A stretch of 32,732 nucleotides of DNA from Candidatus Parcubacteria bacterium (GTDB taxonomy: Bacteria > Patescibacteriota > Minisyncoccia > Phycocordibacterales > Phycocordibacteraceae): positions 1 to 32,732 of the forward strand of contig JBJOOS010000001.1 of assembly GCA_046051155.1 (NCBI GenBank). Direction: 5' to 3'. Positions 1 through 8,744 of the stretch are shown here, in pieces. The position numbers were made by a program, and so were the translations under genes. Below the pieces are notes generated by a model that saw nothing but the letters and a program-made list of their open reading frames with translations, did not search any database and was not told the DNA's origin. Every line of letters begins with the position of its first letter. Within the stretch, counting starts at the first letter, position 1.

Positions 1-406
1 CAATCGCCTTCACCCCGGTCTCAAACACTTCTGCTTTCGTTGTCTGCTCCTCGTATGAGGGCGGCGCGCGGTGAATCGGGAGGCGCGGGACGCTCGCAGG
101 AATCGCTCCCTTGCCGTCGACTGGCTCGCCAAGCACGTTGAAAAGGCGACCGAGTGCCGACTCGCCGACCGGAACAGAGATCGGTGCGCCCGTAGCCGTG
201 ACGGTCTCGCCGCGTGCGAGGCCCGCGGTCTCGTTCATAGAAATGGCGCGGATGCGGTCGAGGCCAAGGTGCGATGCGACCTCGAGCACGATGCGCCGAT
301 GCTCGCCAGCCTTCTCGATAACGAGCGCATCGCCGATAGCCGGGCGCTTCTGCGGGAAGTGCACGTCGACGACTGGCCCGATGATTTCTGTAATTGTTCC
401 GTTCAT
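1..406 (-). CDS. atpD: F1 ATP synthase beta subunit, N-terminal part (gene continues past the left edge)
   Basis: Absent from the ORF track because no stop lies in the window. Hand translation from ATG 406-404 gives MNGTITEIIGPVVDVHFPQ...[35 protein letters not shown]...IHRAPPSYEEQ, the typical AtpD N-terminal barrel. It follows atpG in the canonical operon order. Confidence 0.85.
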   Translation of the reverse strand, partial: MNGTITEIIGPVVDVHFPQKRPAIGDALVIEKAGEHRRIVLEVASHLGLDRIRAISMNETAGLARGETVTATGAPISVPVGESALGRLFNVLGEPVDGKGAIPASVPRLPIHRAPPSYEEQTTKAEVFETGVKAI

Positions 407-428
407 ACTAGTAAAATAAGTAATAAAT

Positions 429-1337
429 CTACGCGGCTAACGCCTCGCGGCCGCCCACGATCTCAGAGACCTCGCGCGTAATCGCCGCCTGACGTATCTT
501 GTTATACATCCGGGTGAGATCGTGCGCGACTTCCTCTGACTTGTCCGACGCGTTCTTCATCGCGACCATACGCGCCGAGTGCTCCGACGCCTTCGTCTCG
601 AGCAACATATGGTAGAGCGACGTCGCGACAAGGCGCGGAAGAAGCGTGCTGAGCACGTCGCCAGTCGCAGACTCTACCTCGTACGCCGCCGGTGACTCTA
701 CCTTGGCCGGCTCACTATACTTGCCCTTGGCGGGCACGATGTCTTTGACCAAGTGCTCGATGTTCTCGAGCTCGAGTGGTAGAAGCGTGCGAAGCGTCGG
801 CGCCTGTTCGAAGGTCGACTTGAAATTGCTGTAGACGACGAGCGCTTGATCGAAGTCACCCTTGGTGAATCCATCTGACAGCGTTTGCGCGAGCTCCTCC
901 ATGTGCGAGAGGTCGATGTCGTCGCCCTTATTCTCGAGCGACTTGGCGATGGTGTAGCCACGGCGCGCGAAGTACTCTTGACCCTTTCGCCCATACGCGA
1001 AGACGGTGACATCTTCGCGCGCGTACTTAGCGACGTCCTGCGCCGCCTCCTTAATGACCCCGCTATTGAGCGCACCCGCGAGACCCTTATCGCTCGTGAT
1101 GATAACGAGCGCAATACGCTTTACCTCGCGCTTAGTCGCGAGCGGGTGGCGCGAGATATCAGCGCTCCCCGAGAGGCGCGCGAGGATAGAGAGCGCCGCG
1201 CGAGCGTACGGTCTGCCGGCGAGCGCGGCGCTCTGCGTCTTACGCATCTTCACCGCCGAGACAGCCTCCATCGCGCGCGTCACCTTGTGTGTGCGCTCAG
1301 TGGACTTAATCTTCGCTTTGATATCCTTCAGCGCCAT
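429..1337 (-). CDS. atpG: F1 ATP synthase gamma subunit
   Basis: 302 aa. N-terminus MALKDIKAKIKSTERTHKVTRAMEAVSAVKMRK and C-terminus QAAITREVSEIVGGREAL match conserved gamma termini. Lies between atpA and atpD. Confidence 0.9.
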   Translation of the reverse strand: MALKDIKAKIKSTERTHKVTRAMEAVSAVKMRKTQSAALAGRPYARAALSILARLSGSADISRHPLATKREVKRIALVIITSDKGLAGALNSGVIKEAAQDVAKYAREDVTVFAYGRKGQEYFARRGYTIAKSLENKGDDIDLSHMEELAQTLSDGFTKGDFDQALVVYSNFKSTFEQAPTLRTLLPLELENIEHLVKDIVPAKGKYSEPAKVESPAAYEVESATGDVLSTLLPRLVATSLYHMLLETKASEHSARMVAMKNASDKSEEVAHDLTRMYNKIRQAAITREVSEIVGGREALAA

Positions 1338-1398
1338 GGTTTTATTATGAGCGATAGCGAATTAGAAAACCAGAAGTACTCTTTGGGGTGCGCCATGG

Positions 1399-2946
1399 TT
1401 ACTTAGAGCGACTCACGAATGCGTCGAGTACCGCGCGAAGCTTCGCCTCGGTAGTCTCGTCAATCTGCTTGCTCGTTTTAATCGCCTCGAGTGCGTCCTT
1501 ACCTTCGCGCAGAAGAAACTCTTGCAACTTCTTCTCTGCGGCGCTCGCCTCTTCAGGAGCGAAGGTGTTGAAGTAGCCGTTAGTCGCGGCGAAGATAACT
1601 GCAGCTTCCATCTCGAACGCGAGCGGTACGCCGCGATTCTGCTTAAGCACCTCCGTCATGCGACGACCGGAGTCGATAGCCTTCTTGGTGTCAGCATCGA
1701 GATCAGACGAGAACTGCATGAACGCTTCAAGCTCTCGGAACTGCGCGAGCTCGAGCTTAATCTTACCGGCAACCTTCTTCATCGCCTTCGTTTGTGCGGC
1801 AGAACCTACACGTGACACCGAGATGCCGACGTTAATCGCTGGACGCTGACCCTTGTTGAAGAGATCGCTCTCGAGGAATATCTGTCCGTCGGTGATGGAA
1901 ATAACGTTCGTCGGAATATATGCCGATACGTCGCCTTCCTGCGTTTCAATAATCGGGAGCGCAGTGAGCGACCCTCCGCCCTTCTCCTTAGAGAGTTTCG
2001 CGGCGCGTTCGAGGAGGCGCGAGTGTAGGTAGAAGATGTCTCCCGGATACGCCTCGCGTCCTGGCGGACGGCGCAAGAGGAGCGACATCTGGCGATACGC
2101 GACTGCCTGCTTCGAGAGGTCGTCGTAGACGACGAGCGCATCCTTCCCTGCCTCCATAAAGTGTTCGCCGATAGCGGCGCCTGCAAACGGTGCAAGGAAC
2201 TGCAATGCCGCCGGCGCGGACGCCGGCGCCGTGACGATAATCGTGTACTCCATCGCACCCTTCTCTGCGAGTTCCGCGACGAGCTTCGCTGTCTTGCTTT
2301 CCTTCTGGCCGATGGCGACGTAGATGCAGGTCGGACGAGTCTCCTTGGGCTCGTTCTTTTGATTCAAAATCGTATCGATGGCGATGGCGGTCTTACCGAC
2401 TCCGCGGTCGCCAATGATGAGCTCGCGTTGACCGCGGCCGATTGGAATCATGGCATCGATAGCCTTGATGCCGGTGTGAAGCGGGGTGTTCACTGAGGCA
2501 CGGTCAATGACGCCGTACGCCTCGCTCTCGATTGGGCGGGGCTTCGCGCCTTTAATAGGACCCTTGCCGTCTACCGGCTCGCCGAGCGGGTTCACGACGC
2601 GACCGACGAGCGAGTCCCCCACCGGGATAGAGAGGAGTCGCCCGACACGGCGCACCAGCATGCCCTCGTAGACCTTTGATGTGTCGCCGAGAATCACGGC
2701 GCGCACGCCATCTTCCTCAAGGTTGAGCACGAGACCGTAAATAGGCTGAGGGTCCTTAAGAGCTTCCTCGAGCGTGCGGTCGTAGGTCGCATCGAAGAGC
2801 ACCATTTCTGACATCACCGCGCTCGTAAGCCCGTCAATCTCGGCAATGCCGTCGCCGGTCGCGCGGACCTGGCCGACCTCTTCGACGCCGCCTTTGGGGC
2901 TCCACGCGGCGATTTCTGCTTCGATTTTTTTAATAACGGATTCCAT
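1399..2946 (-). CDS. atpA: F1 ATP synthase alpha subunit
   Basis: 515 aa. Walker [12 protein letters not shown], then YVAIGQK, and [23 protein letters not shown] typical of alpha. Confidence 0.95.
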   Translation of the reverse strand: MESVIKKIEAEIAAWSPKGGVEEVGQVRATGDGIAEIDGLTSAVMSEMVLFDATYDRTLEEALKDPQPIYGLVLNLEEDGVRAVILGDTSKVYEGMLVRRVGRLLSIPVGDSLVGRVVNPLGEPVDGKGPIKGAKPRPIESEAYGVIDRASVNTPLHTGIKAIDAMIPIGRGQRELIIGDRGVGKTAIAIDTILNQKNEPKETRPTCIYVAIGQKESKTAKLVAELAEKGAMEYTIIVTAPASAPAALQFLAPFAGAAIGEHFMEAGKDALVVYDDLSKQAVAYRQMSLLLRRPPGREAYPGDIFYLHSRLLERAAKLSKEKGGGSLTALPIIETQEGDVSAYIPTNVISITDGQIFLESDLFNKGQRPAINVGISVSRVGSAAQTKAMKKVAGKIKLELAQFRELEAFMQFSSDLDADTKKAIDSGRRMTEVLKQNRGVPLAFEMEAAVIFAATNGYFNTFAPEEASAAEKKLQEFLLREGKDALEAIKTSKQIDETTEAKLRAVLDAFVSRSK

Positions 2947-2947
2947 A

Positions 2948-3193
2948 TTAGGCTATGATGTTCTTATAAATATCTATGAGCGCCCGCTTGCCCGTAGTGT
3001 CGGTGAGCACGCCGTTCTCAATAGAGCGCCAGCCACTGATGAGCGACGGGTTCTCCTTGGCGGTCTCTTTCTTCGCGCCCAAGCGCTTCACGCGGGCGGA
3101 CTCTTCGCGTAACTCGCGCAGAACCTGCGGCAAAAGCTTCAGACGACCAGTCTTACGCAGGTGCGCGACGAAGGTATCGTAGTCGGTAATCAT
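2948..3193 (-). CDS. atpH: Truncated ATP synthase delta (OSCP)-like subunit, 81 aa
   Basis: Occupies the atpH slot between atpF and atpA, with an ATGA overlap with the atpF stop. The C-terminus [31 protein letters not shown] resembles the delta C-terminal motif (LIGG..v.iG..viDgS....L). The N-terminal domain is absent. Confidence 0.55.
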   Translation of the reverse strand: MITDYDTFVAHLRKTGRLKLLPQVLRELREESARVKRLGAKKETAKENPSLISGWRSIENGVLTDTTGKRALIDIYKNIIA

Positions 3194-3636
3194 GCCTTCG
3201 AGCGCATCACCTTCTCTGCGGCGAGAATCGCGAGACGAGCGACTTCCTTCTCGCTCTCACGGAGCGCCTTCGCGGCTGCCTCAGTCGCGCGCGCCTGCGC
3301 GTCTCGCGTCACCATAGCGGCACGCGTCTCTGCCTCTTTAAGGATTCGTACTTTCTCCTCGGTCGCAGACTCGCGGGCACTCGAGACAATCTCTTCTGCC
3401 TGTTTATCTGCTGTAGCGACGCGCAAGTGCGCCTCGCCGTCGGCGTTTGAGAGCTTCTCATTCGCAAGCTCGGCATCATGCACCCCCTGCTCCACGACGC
3501 GCTTGCGCTCGTCGAGCATGCGCAGTACCGGCTTATAGAGGAAGTAGGTGAGCGCGACAAGCACAATAGCGAAGTTCACCGCTTGCGCGAGGAGAAGCGA
3601 CCAGTTGATGCCGAACGCGGAGAGAAGCTGTGCCAT
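3190..3636 (-). CDS. atpF: F0 ATP synthase b subunit
   Basis: One N-terminal TM helix (WSLLLAQAVNFAIVLVALTYFLYKP) followed by a long charged helix, in the operon position for b. Start is uncertain: ATG 3636 or TTG 3645. Confidence 0.75.
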   Translation of the reverse strand: MAQLLSAFGINWSLLLAQAVNFAIVLVALTYFLYKPVLRMLDERKRVVEQGVHDAELANEKLSNADGEAHLRVATADKQAEEIVSSARESATEEKVRILKEAETRAAMVTRDAQARATEAAAKALRESEKEVARLAILAAEKVMRSKA

Positions 3637-3654
3637 ACCGACCAACCAGAGGGG

Positions 3655-3891
<237 letters not shown>

Positions 3892-3941
3892 TTACGTTGC
3901 AATAATAAAAGGCTCTCATCCCGGAGCCGCGCGAAGTGCCA

Positions 3942-4694
3942 CTAGTGCGCCTCGTGCGGATCAGCGATGGCTAATTTGATGAAGAACAAGGTCAACATCG
4001 CAAAGACCAGTGCCTGCACCAAGCCAATGAACATCTCAAATCCCATCAAGGGCGCTGGGAGCACGTACGGCAGGAAGTATCCGGCGACCATCACCATCAC
4101 CTCCCCCGCGAAAATATTCCCAAAAAGACGGAAGGAAAACGATACCAGGCGACCGAGATTGCTCACCAGCTCGATAATGCCAACGGCGAACCCTACCGGT
4201 GACTTGAGTGTAACATATTTCCCTGCATATTTGAAAAAGCCGAGCGTGGCGATACCCGTCACTTCGATGGTAAAAAATGCGATCATCGCGAGCGCGAGAG
4301 TGAAGTTGAGGTCAGTGGTGGGGGCGCGGAGGATGGGCAGGAACTCCGGCGCATGGAGCCCAATAGAGCCCACGCCCGGGAAGAACTCGATTTCATTGAT
4401 AGCGGCAATAAAGATAAACATCGACGCCACGAGTGGGAAAAAACGACGAGCAAGCGTGTCGCTCCCCAACACCTCGGTCATGTACGCGAGTGCGCCCTCA
4501 AAGGCCCACTCGATCCCCGCCTGGACCTTGCCCGGAACAAGCGAGAGCCGGCGACCGAAGAAATACGAGGCGATAAGGACAATCGCCATCACGAGCCACG
4601 CCATAATCAGCGAGTTGGTAATAGGAAATCCAAAAAAGGAGCCCAATTGCTCCGCCTTGAGCACCACTACGATACCCCCATGCATGGCTTGCAT
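3942..4694 (-). CDS. atpB: F0 ATP synthase a subunit
   Basis: 250-aa polytopic protein with the conserved Arg motif SFSFRLFGNIFAGEV. First gene of the operon. Confidence 0.9.
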   Translation of the reverse strand: MQAMHGGIVVVLKAEQLGSFFGFPITNSLIMAWLVMAIVLIASYFFGRRLSLVPGKVQAGIEWAFEGALAYMTEVLGSDTLARRFFPLVASMFIFIAAINEIEFFPGVGSIGLHAPEFLPILRAPTTDLNFTLALAMIAFFTIEVTGIATLGFFKYAGKYVTLKSPVGFAVGIIELVSNLGRLVSFSFRLFGNIFAGEVMVMVAGYFLPYVLPAPLMGFEMFIGLVQALVFAMLTLFFIKLAIADPHEAH

Positions 4695-4755
4695 TCTACC
4701 AGATGACCCGTAATCTATACAGTAGGTTTGTAAGTCTTAATACAATAATTCAATT

Positions 4756-5007
4756 ATGGCAATAAATTCAGCGCTCGCGAAACCTCTTAACCTCTCGGCA
4801 GAACTCGAAGCAGTCGTCGGGAAGGGCCCCCTTCCCCGCACAGAAGTGGTCAAGAAGCTTTGGGAGTACATCAAGAAGAATAACCTCCAGAATCCAGCCA
4901 ATAAGCGCAACATCCTCGCGGATGAGAAGCTGAAGGCAATCTTCGGCGGCAAGGCAGAAGTCACGATGTTCGAGATGACCAAGCTCGTCTCGGCGCACAT
5001 GAAATAA
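4756..5007 (+). CDS. SWIB/MDM2 domain protein
   Basis: 83 aa. LSAELEAVVGKGPLPRTEVVKKLWEYIKKNNLQNPANKRNILADEKLKAIFG matches the SWIB domain consensus from memory. Confidence 0.8.
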   Translation: MAINSALAKPLNLSAELEAVVGKGPLPRTEVVKKLWEYIKKNNLQNPANKRNILADEKLKAIFGGKAEVTMFEMTKLVSAHMK

Positions 5008-5023
5008 CAGATCTTCTCTGTTA

Positions 5024-5061
5024 AACAGAAAACCCGCCTTACAGGCGGGTTTTCTGTTTTT
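5024..5061. terminator. Bidirectional intrinsic terminator shared by the SWIB gene and mscL
   Basis: Perfect 15-bp stem aacagaaaacccgcc (5024-5038) / ggcgggttttctgtt (5044-5058) with a 5-nt loop. The hairpin is flanked by a T-run after the stem on the + strand and by a short TT(A/T) tail on the - strand. It sits between two convergent genes. Confidence 0.75.
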
Positions 5062-5070
5062 ACTCACCTC

Positions 5071-5469
5071 TTATGCGGGCTGACTGCAGAACTTACAACG
5101 CTTCGCCTCGAGCGGGATCTCGCTCATGCACTCCTTACACTTCTTGGTCGTCGGATCAGCTGGAGCCTCCTTGCGTGACTTCGCGATAAGATAGTTCATC
5201 GGCTTCACGACGAAGAAGAACACCGCGCCTGCGACAAGCAGGAACGAGATAAGCGCGTTTATAAAGTGTCCGTACATGAACTTACTGCCGTTAAGCGTGA
5301 GTGTGAGCCCGCCGAAGTCAGGCACCTTGGCGATAGCAGCAATAAGCGGGGTCAATATGTCGCTCACGAGCGCCGACACAATCGTGCCGAACGCGGCGCC
5401 GACCACGACGCCGACTGCCAGGTCGACGACATTCCCACGAAGTAGAAACGCTTTAAATTCTTTCAACAT
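5071..5469 (-). CDS. mscL: Large-conductance mechanosensitive channel MscL
   Basis: 132 aa. MLKEFKAFLLRGNVVDLAVGVVVGAAFGTIV is the MscL N-terminal/TM1 signature. The C-terminal tail carries CKEC...CKFC. Confidence 0.88.
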   Translation of the reverse strand: MLKEFKAFLLRGNVVDLAVGVVVGAAFGTIVSALVSDILTPLIAAIAKVPDFGGLTLTLNGSKFMYGHFINALISFLLVAGAVFFFVVKPMNYLIAKSRKEAPADPTTKKCKECMSEIPLEAKRCKFCSQPA

Positions 5470-5509
5470 GTGCGTAAATTAGTTTGTACCTCTTAAGCGT
5501 ACACCCCTT

Positions 5510-6547
5510 TTATTGGTACGTCGACTGCACCCCTTCGTATACCATGCGAGATATCCCCGCGATGACGGTCTCAAGACCTGCGTTATCATCTCCCCGCCCT
5601 TTGGTCATAATGCATAGCAAGTACGGGTGGCTCGGATAATACACAATGCCGCAGTTATTGAGCTCTTTTCCGAGCAGAGTTCCGGCTGTATCGGTCATCC
5701 GTACCTCGCCGAACTTCTCCGCCACCGTCACGTTGTTGGGCACACCGCTTTCGATCCCTTGCGAGAAGTCCGTTTCAGACAAGAGTTTGAGCGCGCGCTC
5801 TGAGTCGTCTCGACTAAGGTAGGTGGCGTTATAGAGCGCGCGCAAGAATATCGAATAGTTTTGCACGGTCATGTTGTCCGTATATGCGTTGAGCACAGAG
5901 GGGTCGATCCCGAGGTCGCTATAGACACTTGTGTGTGCGCTTGTGTTGCCCGTGTCCGTAAAATTCTGTACGAGAAGGTCGGTAGCATTGTTGTCAGAAT
6001 AACGGATCATGTGTTCGATTAACTGCTCCACGGTATAGCTCGCGCCTGGAGTCAGCTGGACCACCGCCTTAATCCCCTCGACACTGTTGCTGTCAGTTGC
6101 GCCGGTATACTTCAAGCTTTGCGAGAGAATAGAGGGGTCCCGCTCAGCAATCTTGTAGTAGGCCATCATCACCGGAACCTTATTCAGACTAGCGGGCGTA
6201 TAGCGCTCGGTCGGATTCAAGGTGAACCCTCCCGGCTCGTTAATATCGCGGAACTGAACCGATGCTGAAATGAGGTCATTTTTAGCCTGCTGATCAATGA
6301 AAGCTGCGATCTTTGACTTCAGGCCATCATACTGTGTAGTGTTGTCGACGCCCCTGATACCGATGAGCGGGTCAATAAAGGAATATGTCGAGTGACTAGT
6401 CGGGATGTCACTCTCGCGAAGAGGCCGCGGCTTAACGCTCGGCTCGAGGTATTGGAACAGGAAAAAGAATATGCAGGTGCAGACAACGCCCCCAAAGAAG
6501 GCGACGAGGGCGACGAGGGAAAAGTTTTGATTGTTACTCAACTTCAT
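5510..6547 (-). CDS. Membrane-anchored serine hydrolase, class A beta-lactamase-like fold
   Basis: 345 aa with an N-terminal TM helix. Contains SxxK (SLNK), SDN (YSDNNATD) and a KxG-like EKFGE. Function (PBP-like or beta-lactamase) cannot be decided from the sequence. Confidence 0.6.
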   Translation of the reverse strand: MKLSNNQNFSLVALVAFFGGVVCTCIFFFLFQYLEPSVKPRPLRESDIPTSHSTYSFIDPLIGIRGVDNTTQYDGLKSKIAAFIDQQAKNDLISASVQFRDINEPGGFTLNPTERYTPASLNKVPVMMAYYKIAERDPSILSQSLKYTGATDSNSVEGIKAVVQLTPGASYTVEQLIEHMIRYSDNNATDLLVQNFTDTGNTSAHTSVYSDLGIDPSVLNAYTDNMTVQNYSIFLRALYNATYLSRDDSERALKLLSETDFSQGIESGVPNNVTVAEKFGEVRMTDTAGTLLGKELNNCGIVYYPSHPYLLCIMTKGRGDDNAGLETVIAGISRMVYEGVQSTYQ

Positions 6548-6617
6548 CTCACCTATATAGTACCACTTGACTCAGTAGTCTGTTTCGTGGGCCTGCTCCT
6601 GGCCGCTTCCTTCGTAG

Positions 6618-6688
6618 TGGACCTACGGGGAGTCGAACCCCGACCTCGTCCATGCCATGGACGCGTTCTACCGCTGAACTATAGGCCC
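6618..6688 (-). tRNA. tRNA-Ala (anticodon GGC), no encoded CCA
   Basis: Hand-folded cloverleaf: acceptor gggccta/taggtcc with the G3:U70 Ala identity pair, D arm gttc-agcggta-gaac, anticodon arm cgtcc-atGGCat-ggacg, T arm cgggg-ttcgact-ccccg. Confidence 0.85.
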
Positions 6689-6698
6689 CACTTTACCT

Positions 6699-7967
6699 CT
6701 ACTCTACTTCGCCGAGTATCGCTTTGGCAACATCTAGCGCTGAGGCAAAGGCGCCCTCAACTGTCGACGCTGAAGAATCTCGCGCGAGCGCTTCTCCTGC
6801 GAAGTACAGTTTCCTTCCAACAGGCTTCCGCAACTCCGTAGCCGCACCCCCCGACTCCGGCGTGCTGTAACTATAGGCCCCGCGCATGAACGGTTCGTTT
6901 TCCCACACAAACGTCTCTGTGGTAATAAGTTCCTTCCGAAGCTCTTCGACCGAAATGCTGAAGATGTGCGAGAGCGATGTGAGAGACAGCTCAGTGAATT
7001 CCTCTGCAGTCACATCCCGAAGCTTGTGGGCGGAAGGCCCCGCGACCCAGCCCGTGAGCGTGGTATGCGGCTGCGGAAATTGCGTCCACCACGAAGGGAT
7101 GACTTCTTTTGAGAACATGAAGAAAAGCTTATCAAACGCCTTTTCGCGTAGACCTCCCCACCACTTACTCCTGAACCGGAGGAGTACCTTAATAGCGGGA
7201 CCGAATCCAAGCTTCTCCGCTGCGCTTACCTTCTCGGGCAAGGCGGGAATGAAATTCAGCTCACTAATGAGCGGTACCGGCACGGTGACCACTACCGAGG
7301 ACGCCTCATGCACTGATCCGTCAGCACAAGTTATCCTCACTCCGTCACCGGAAGTATCGACGGTTGTAACGGCCGCGTTTAAAAGAATTTCTACCCCTCG
7401 CATCCGCAATTCACTCTCAATAAAACGAGCGAGCACTCCATATCCTCCCTGTAAACGACGCTCCTGCCAACTTTTTTCATCTAAAATCTCATCACGGAAT
7501 GCGAGGATGCTCGACCGTGCGGGATCACCTGCATCATACCCTTCCACCTCGCGGCACACGTAGTGGCGCAACTTCTCGTGGTGTTCTGCGGGAAAATATC
7601 GATCAAGGAATTCCATAACGGTCATATCCTCTTTCAACTCGCGGAGTTTTGCCTCTAGCTCGGGTCGGTGAAATTGTGGGAGGTGATGCACAGGACTCGG
7701 GTCGCCATCAACGGCGCTCCACCATTCTTCTGAGTGGGTAAAGGTGAGTCCGGCCTCTTCGACCAGCTTTGTAGTTATGGGCGCTGGGCCATGCACAAAC
7801 TCTGCCCCACCCATCGCTTCGTATCCAAACTTCTCAATCGACAGGGGATAGATGCGCCCACCGATGCGATCGCGCGCCTCGAGAATCGTCACCGTCTTGC
7901 CGGCACGCGCGAGCTCCCGCGCGGCCATTAGACCAGCAGCTCCTGCACCAATAATAATCACATCCAT
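6699..7967 (-). CDS. FAD-dependent amine oxidase family oxidoreductase
   Basis: 422 aa. N-terminal dinucleotide fold MDVIIIGAGAAGLMAARELARAGKTVTILEARDRIGGRI and C-terminal YFAGEA motif typical of flavin amine oxidases. Confidence 0.8.
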   Translation of the reverse strand: MDVIIIGAGAAGLMAARELARAGKTVTILEARDRIGGRIYPLSIEKFGYEAMGGAEFVHGPAPITTKLVEEAGLTFTHSEEWWSAVDGDPSPVHHLPQFHRPELEAKLRELKEDMTVMEFLDRYFPAEHHEKLRHYVCREVEGYDAGDPARSSILAFRDEILDEKSWQERRLQGGYGVLARFIESELRMRGVEILLNAAVTTVDTSGDGVRITCADGSVHEASSVVVTVPVPLISELNFIPALPEKVSAAEKLGFGPAIKVLLRFRSKWWGGLREKAFDKLFFMFSKEVIPSWWTQFPQPHTTLTGWVAGPSAHKLRDVTAEEFTELSLTSLSHIFSISVEELRKELITTETFVWENEPFMRGAYSYSTPESGGAATELRKPVGRKLYFAGEALARDSSASTVEGAFASALDVAKAILGEVE

Positions 7968-8042
7968 GGTGGACCCAAGGGAATTCGAATCCCTGGCCTC
8001 GTCAATGCGAATGACGCGCTCTACCAGCTGAGCTATGGGCCC
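7967..8042 (-). tRNA. tRNA-Ala (anticodon CGC), CCA encoded
   Basis: gggcccatagctcagctggtagagcgcgtcattCGCattgacgaggccagggattcgaattcccttgggtccacca. G3:U70 is present. The terminal A of CCA is the A of the amine oxidase ATG. Confidence 0.9.
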
Positions 8043-8071
8043 TTATGCGGGATTTTATCACAAAAGTTTAG

Positions 8072-8142
8072 TCGGGCTACCGGGAATCGAACCCGGACTA
8101 CAAGACCCCCAGCCTTGCGTACTACCACTATACGATAGCCCG
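8072..8142 (-). tRNA. tRNA-Pro (anticodon GGG), no encoded CCA
   Basis: cgggcta-tc-gtat-agtggta-gtac-g-caagg-ctGGGgg-tcttg-tagt-ccggg-ttcgatt-cccgg-tagcccg-a. G37 is as expected for Pro. Confidence 0.85.
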
Positions 8143-8156
8143 TATATGAGAAGACT

Positions 8157-8561
8157 TTACAGCCCGAAGACGCCGGTCGCAATGAGGTATACGAGCGCCG
8201 ACACTGCCCCGCCAGCAAACGCGCCCCACGCCATATCGACGAAACTCATCAGCACGGGCCAGTTGGCCGTGAGGCCGAGGTTGGTCAAGTCGTAGGTCCC
8301 GTAGGCGATAAGACCGAAGAATGCCCCGCCGAGCAGAGCCCTCGAGAGCGAGTGCGCTCCGACTGCGGGAACGATAACAAAATACACAAGCCCCGCGACA
8401 TAGAGCAAGTAGAAGAGACCTATCGCCCACCAAACCGGACTATCGGTGAGCATCGCGCCGAGCTGGCCCTTATAGTAATTCTTCGCGATGCCGCCGACCC
8501 ACGCAAGATCGAGCACGATTAAAATCGGAAGCGTGATCAAGTATAGATAGATAGTTTGCAT
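8157..8561 (-). CDS. DUF2177-like integral membrane protein
   Basis: 134 aa with 4 predicted TM helices. LDLAWVGGIAKNYYKGQLG and GTYDLTNLG resemble the DUF2177 family from memory. Confidence 0.65.
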   Translation of the reverse strand: MQTIYLYLITLPILIVLDLAWVGGIAKNYYKGQLGAMLTDSPVWWAIGLFYLLYVAGLVYFVIVPAVGAHSLSRALLGGAFFGLIAYGTYDLTNLGLTANWPVLMSFVDMAWGAFAGGAVSALVYLIATGVFGL

Positions 8562-8567
8562 GCGCTA

Positions 8568-8573
8568 ATTATA
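8568..8573 (-). promoter_or_regulatory. Consensus -10 box TATAAT exactly 6 nt upstream of the DUF2177 ATG (leaderless-type)
   Basis: The minus strand reads gtgTATAATtagcgcATG, with no Shine-Dalgarno sequence. Confidence 0.5.
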
Positions 8574-8590
8574 CACGGAGATGTGCTCTG

Positions 8591-8661
8591 TCGGGCCGCC
8601 GGGAATCGAACCCGGTCTCTACGAACCCGAATCGTATGTACTACCGGCATACTCCGGCCCG
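8591..8661 (-). tRNA. tRNA-Pro (anticodon CGG), no encoded CCA, atypical G8/G14
   Basis: cgggccg-ga-gtat-gccggta-gtac-a-tacga-ttCGGgt-tcgta-gaga-ccggg-ttcgatt-cccgg-cggcccg-a. The cloverleaf is good, but positions 8 and 14 are G/G instead of U/A. Confidence 0.75.
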
Positions 8662-8744
8662 ACACAGGACACCTCCTGCTTGCACTTTCGCCCTCTTGTT
8701 GTACCACGTTCATGATACTATACAAATACACAGTACTTCCTCGT

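Noticed and set aside
71-481. Plus-strand ORFs of 136 and 102 aa at the left edge.
   Set aside because: They are antisense to a clear atpD N-terminal coding region. Their products are Arg/Ala-rich, typical of GC-rich shadow frames.
5071-5150. CKEC...CKFC zinc-ribbon-like tail on MscL, considered as a possible novel fusion.
   Set aside because: I recall similar CxxC...CxxC C-terminal tails in MscL homologues of several Gram-positive and other lineages. It is probably a known variant, so I noted it only in the feature evidence.
5510-6547. Beta-lactamase-like gene considered as an antibiotic resistance determinant.
   Set aside because: Only the generic SxxK/SDN/KxG-like motifs are visible. The protein is membrane-anchored with a long N-terminal region, which fits a PBP-like cell-wall enzyme equally well. 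Resistance cannot be claimed from the sequence.
8556-8744. N-terminal 63 codons of track ORF 8556-9200.
   Set aside because: This part runs through tRNA-Pro(CGG) on the opposite strand and has no membrane-protein character. The start was moved to ATG 8745.
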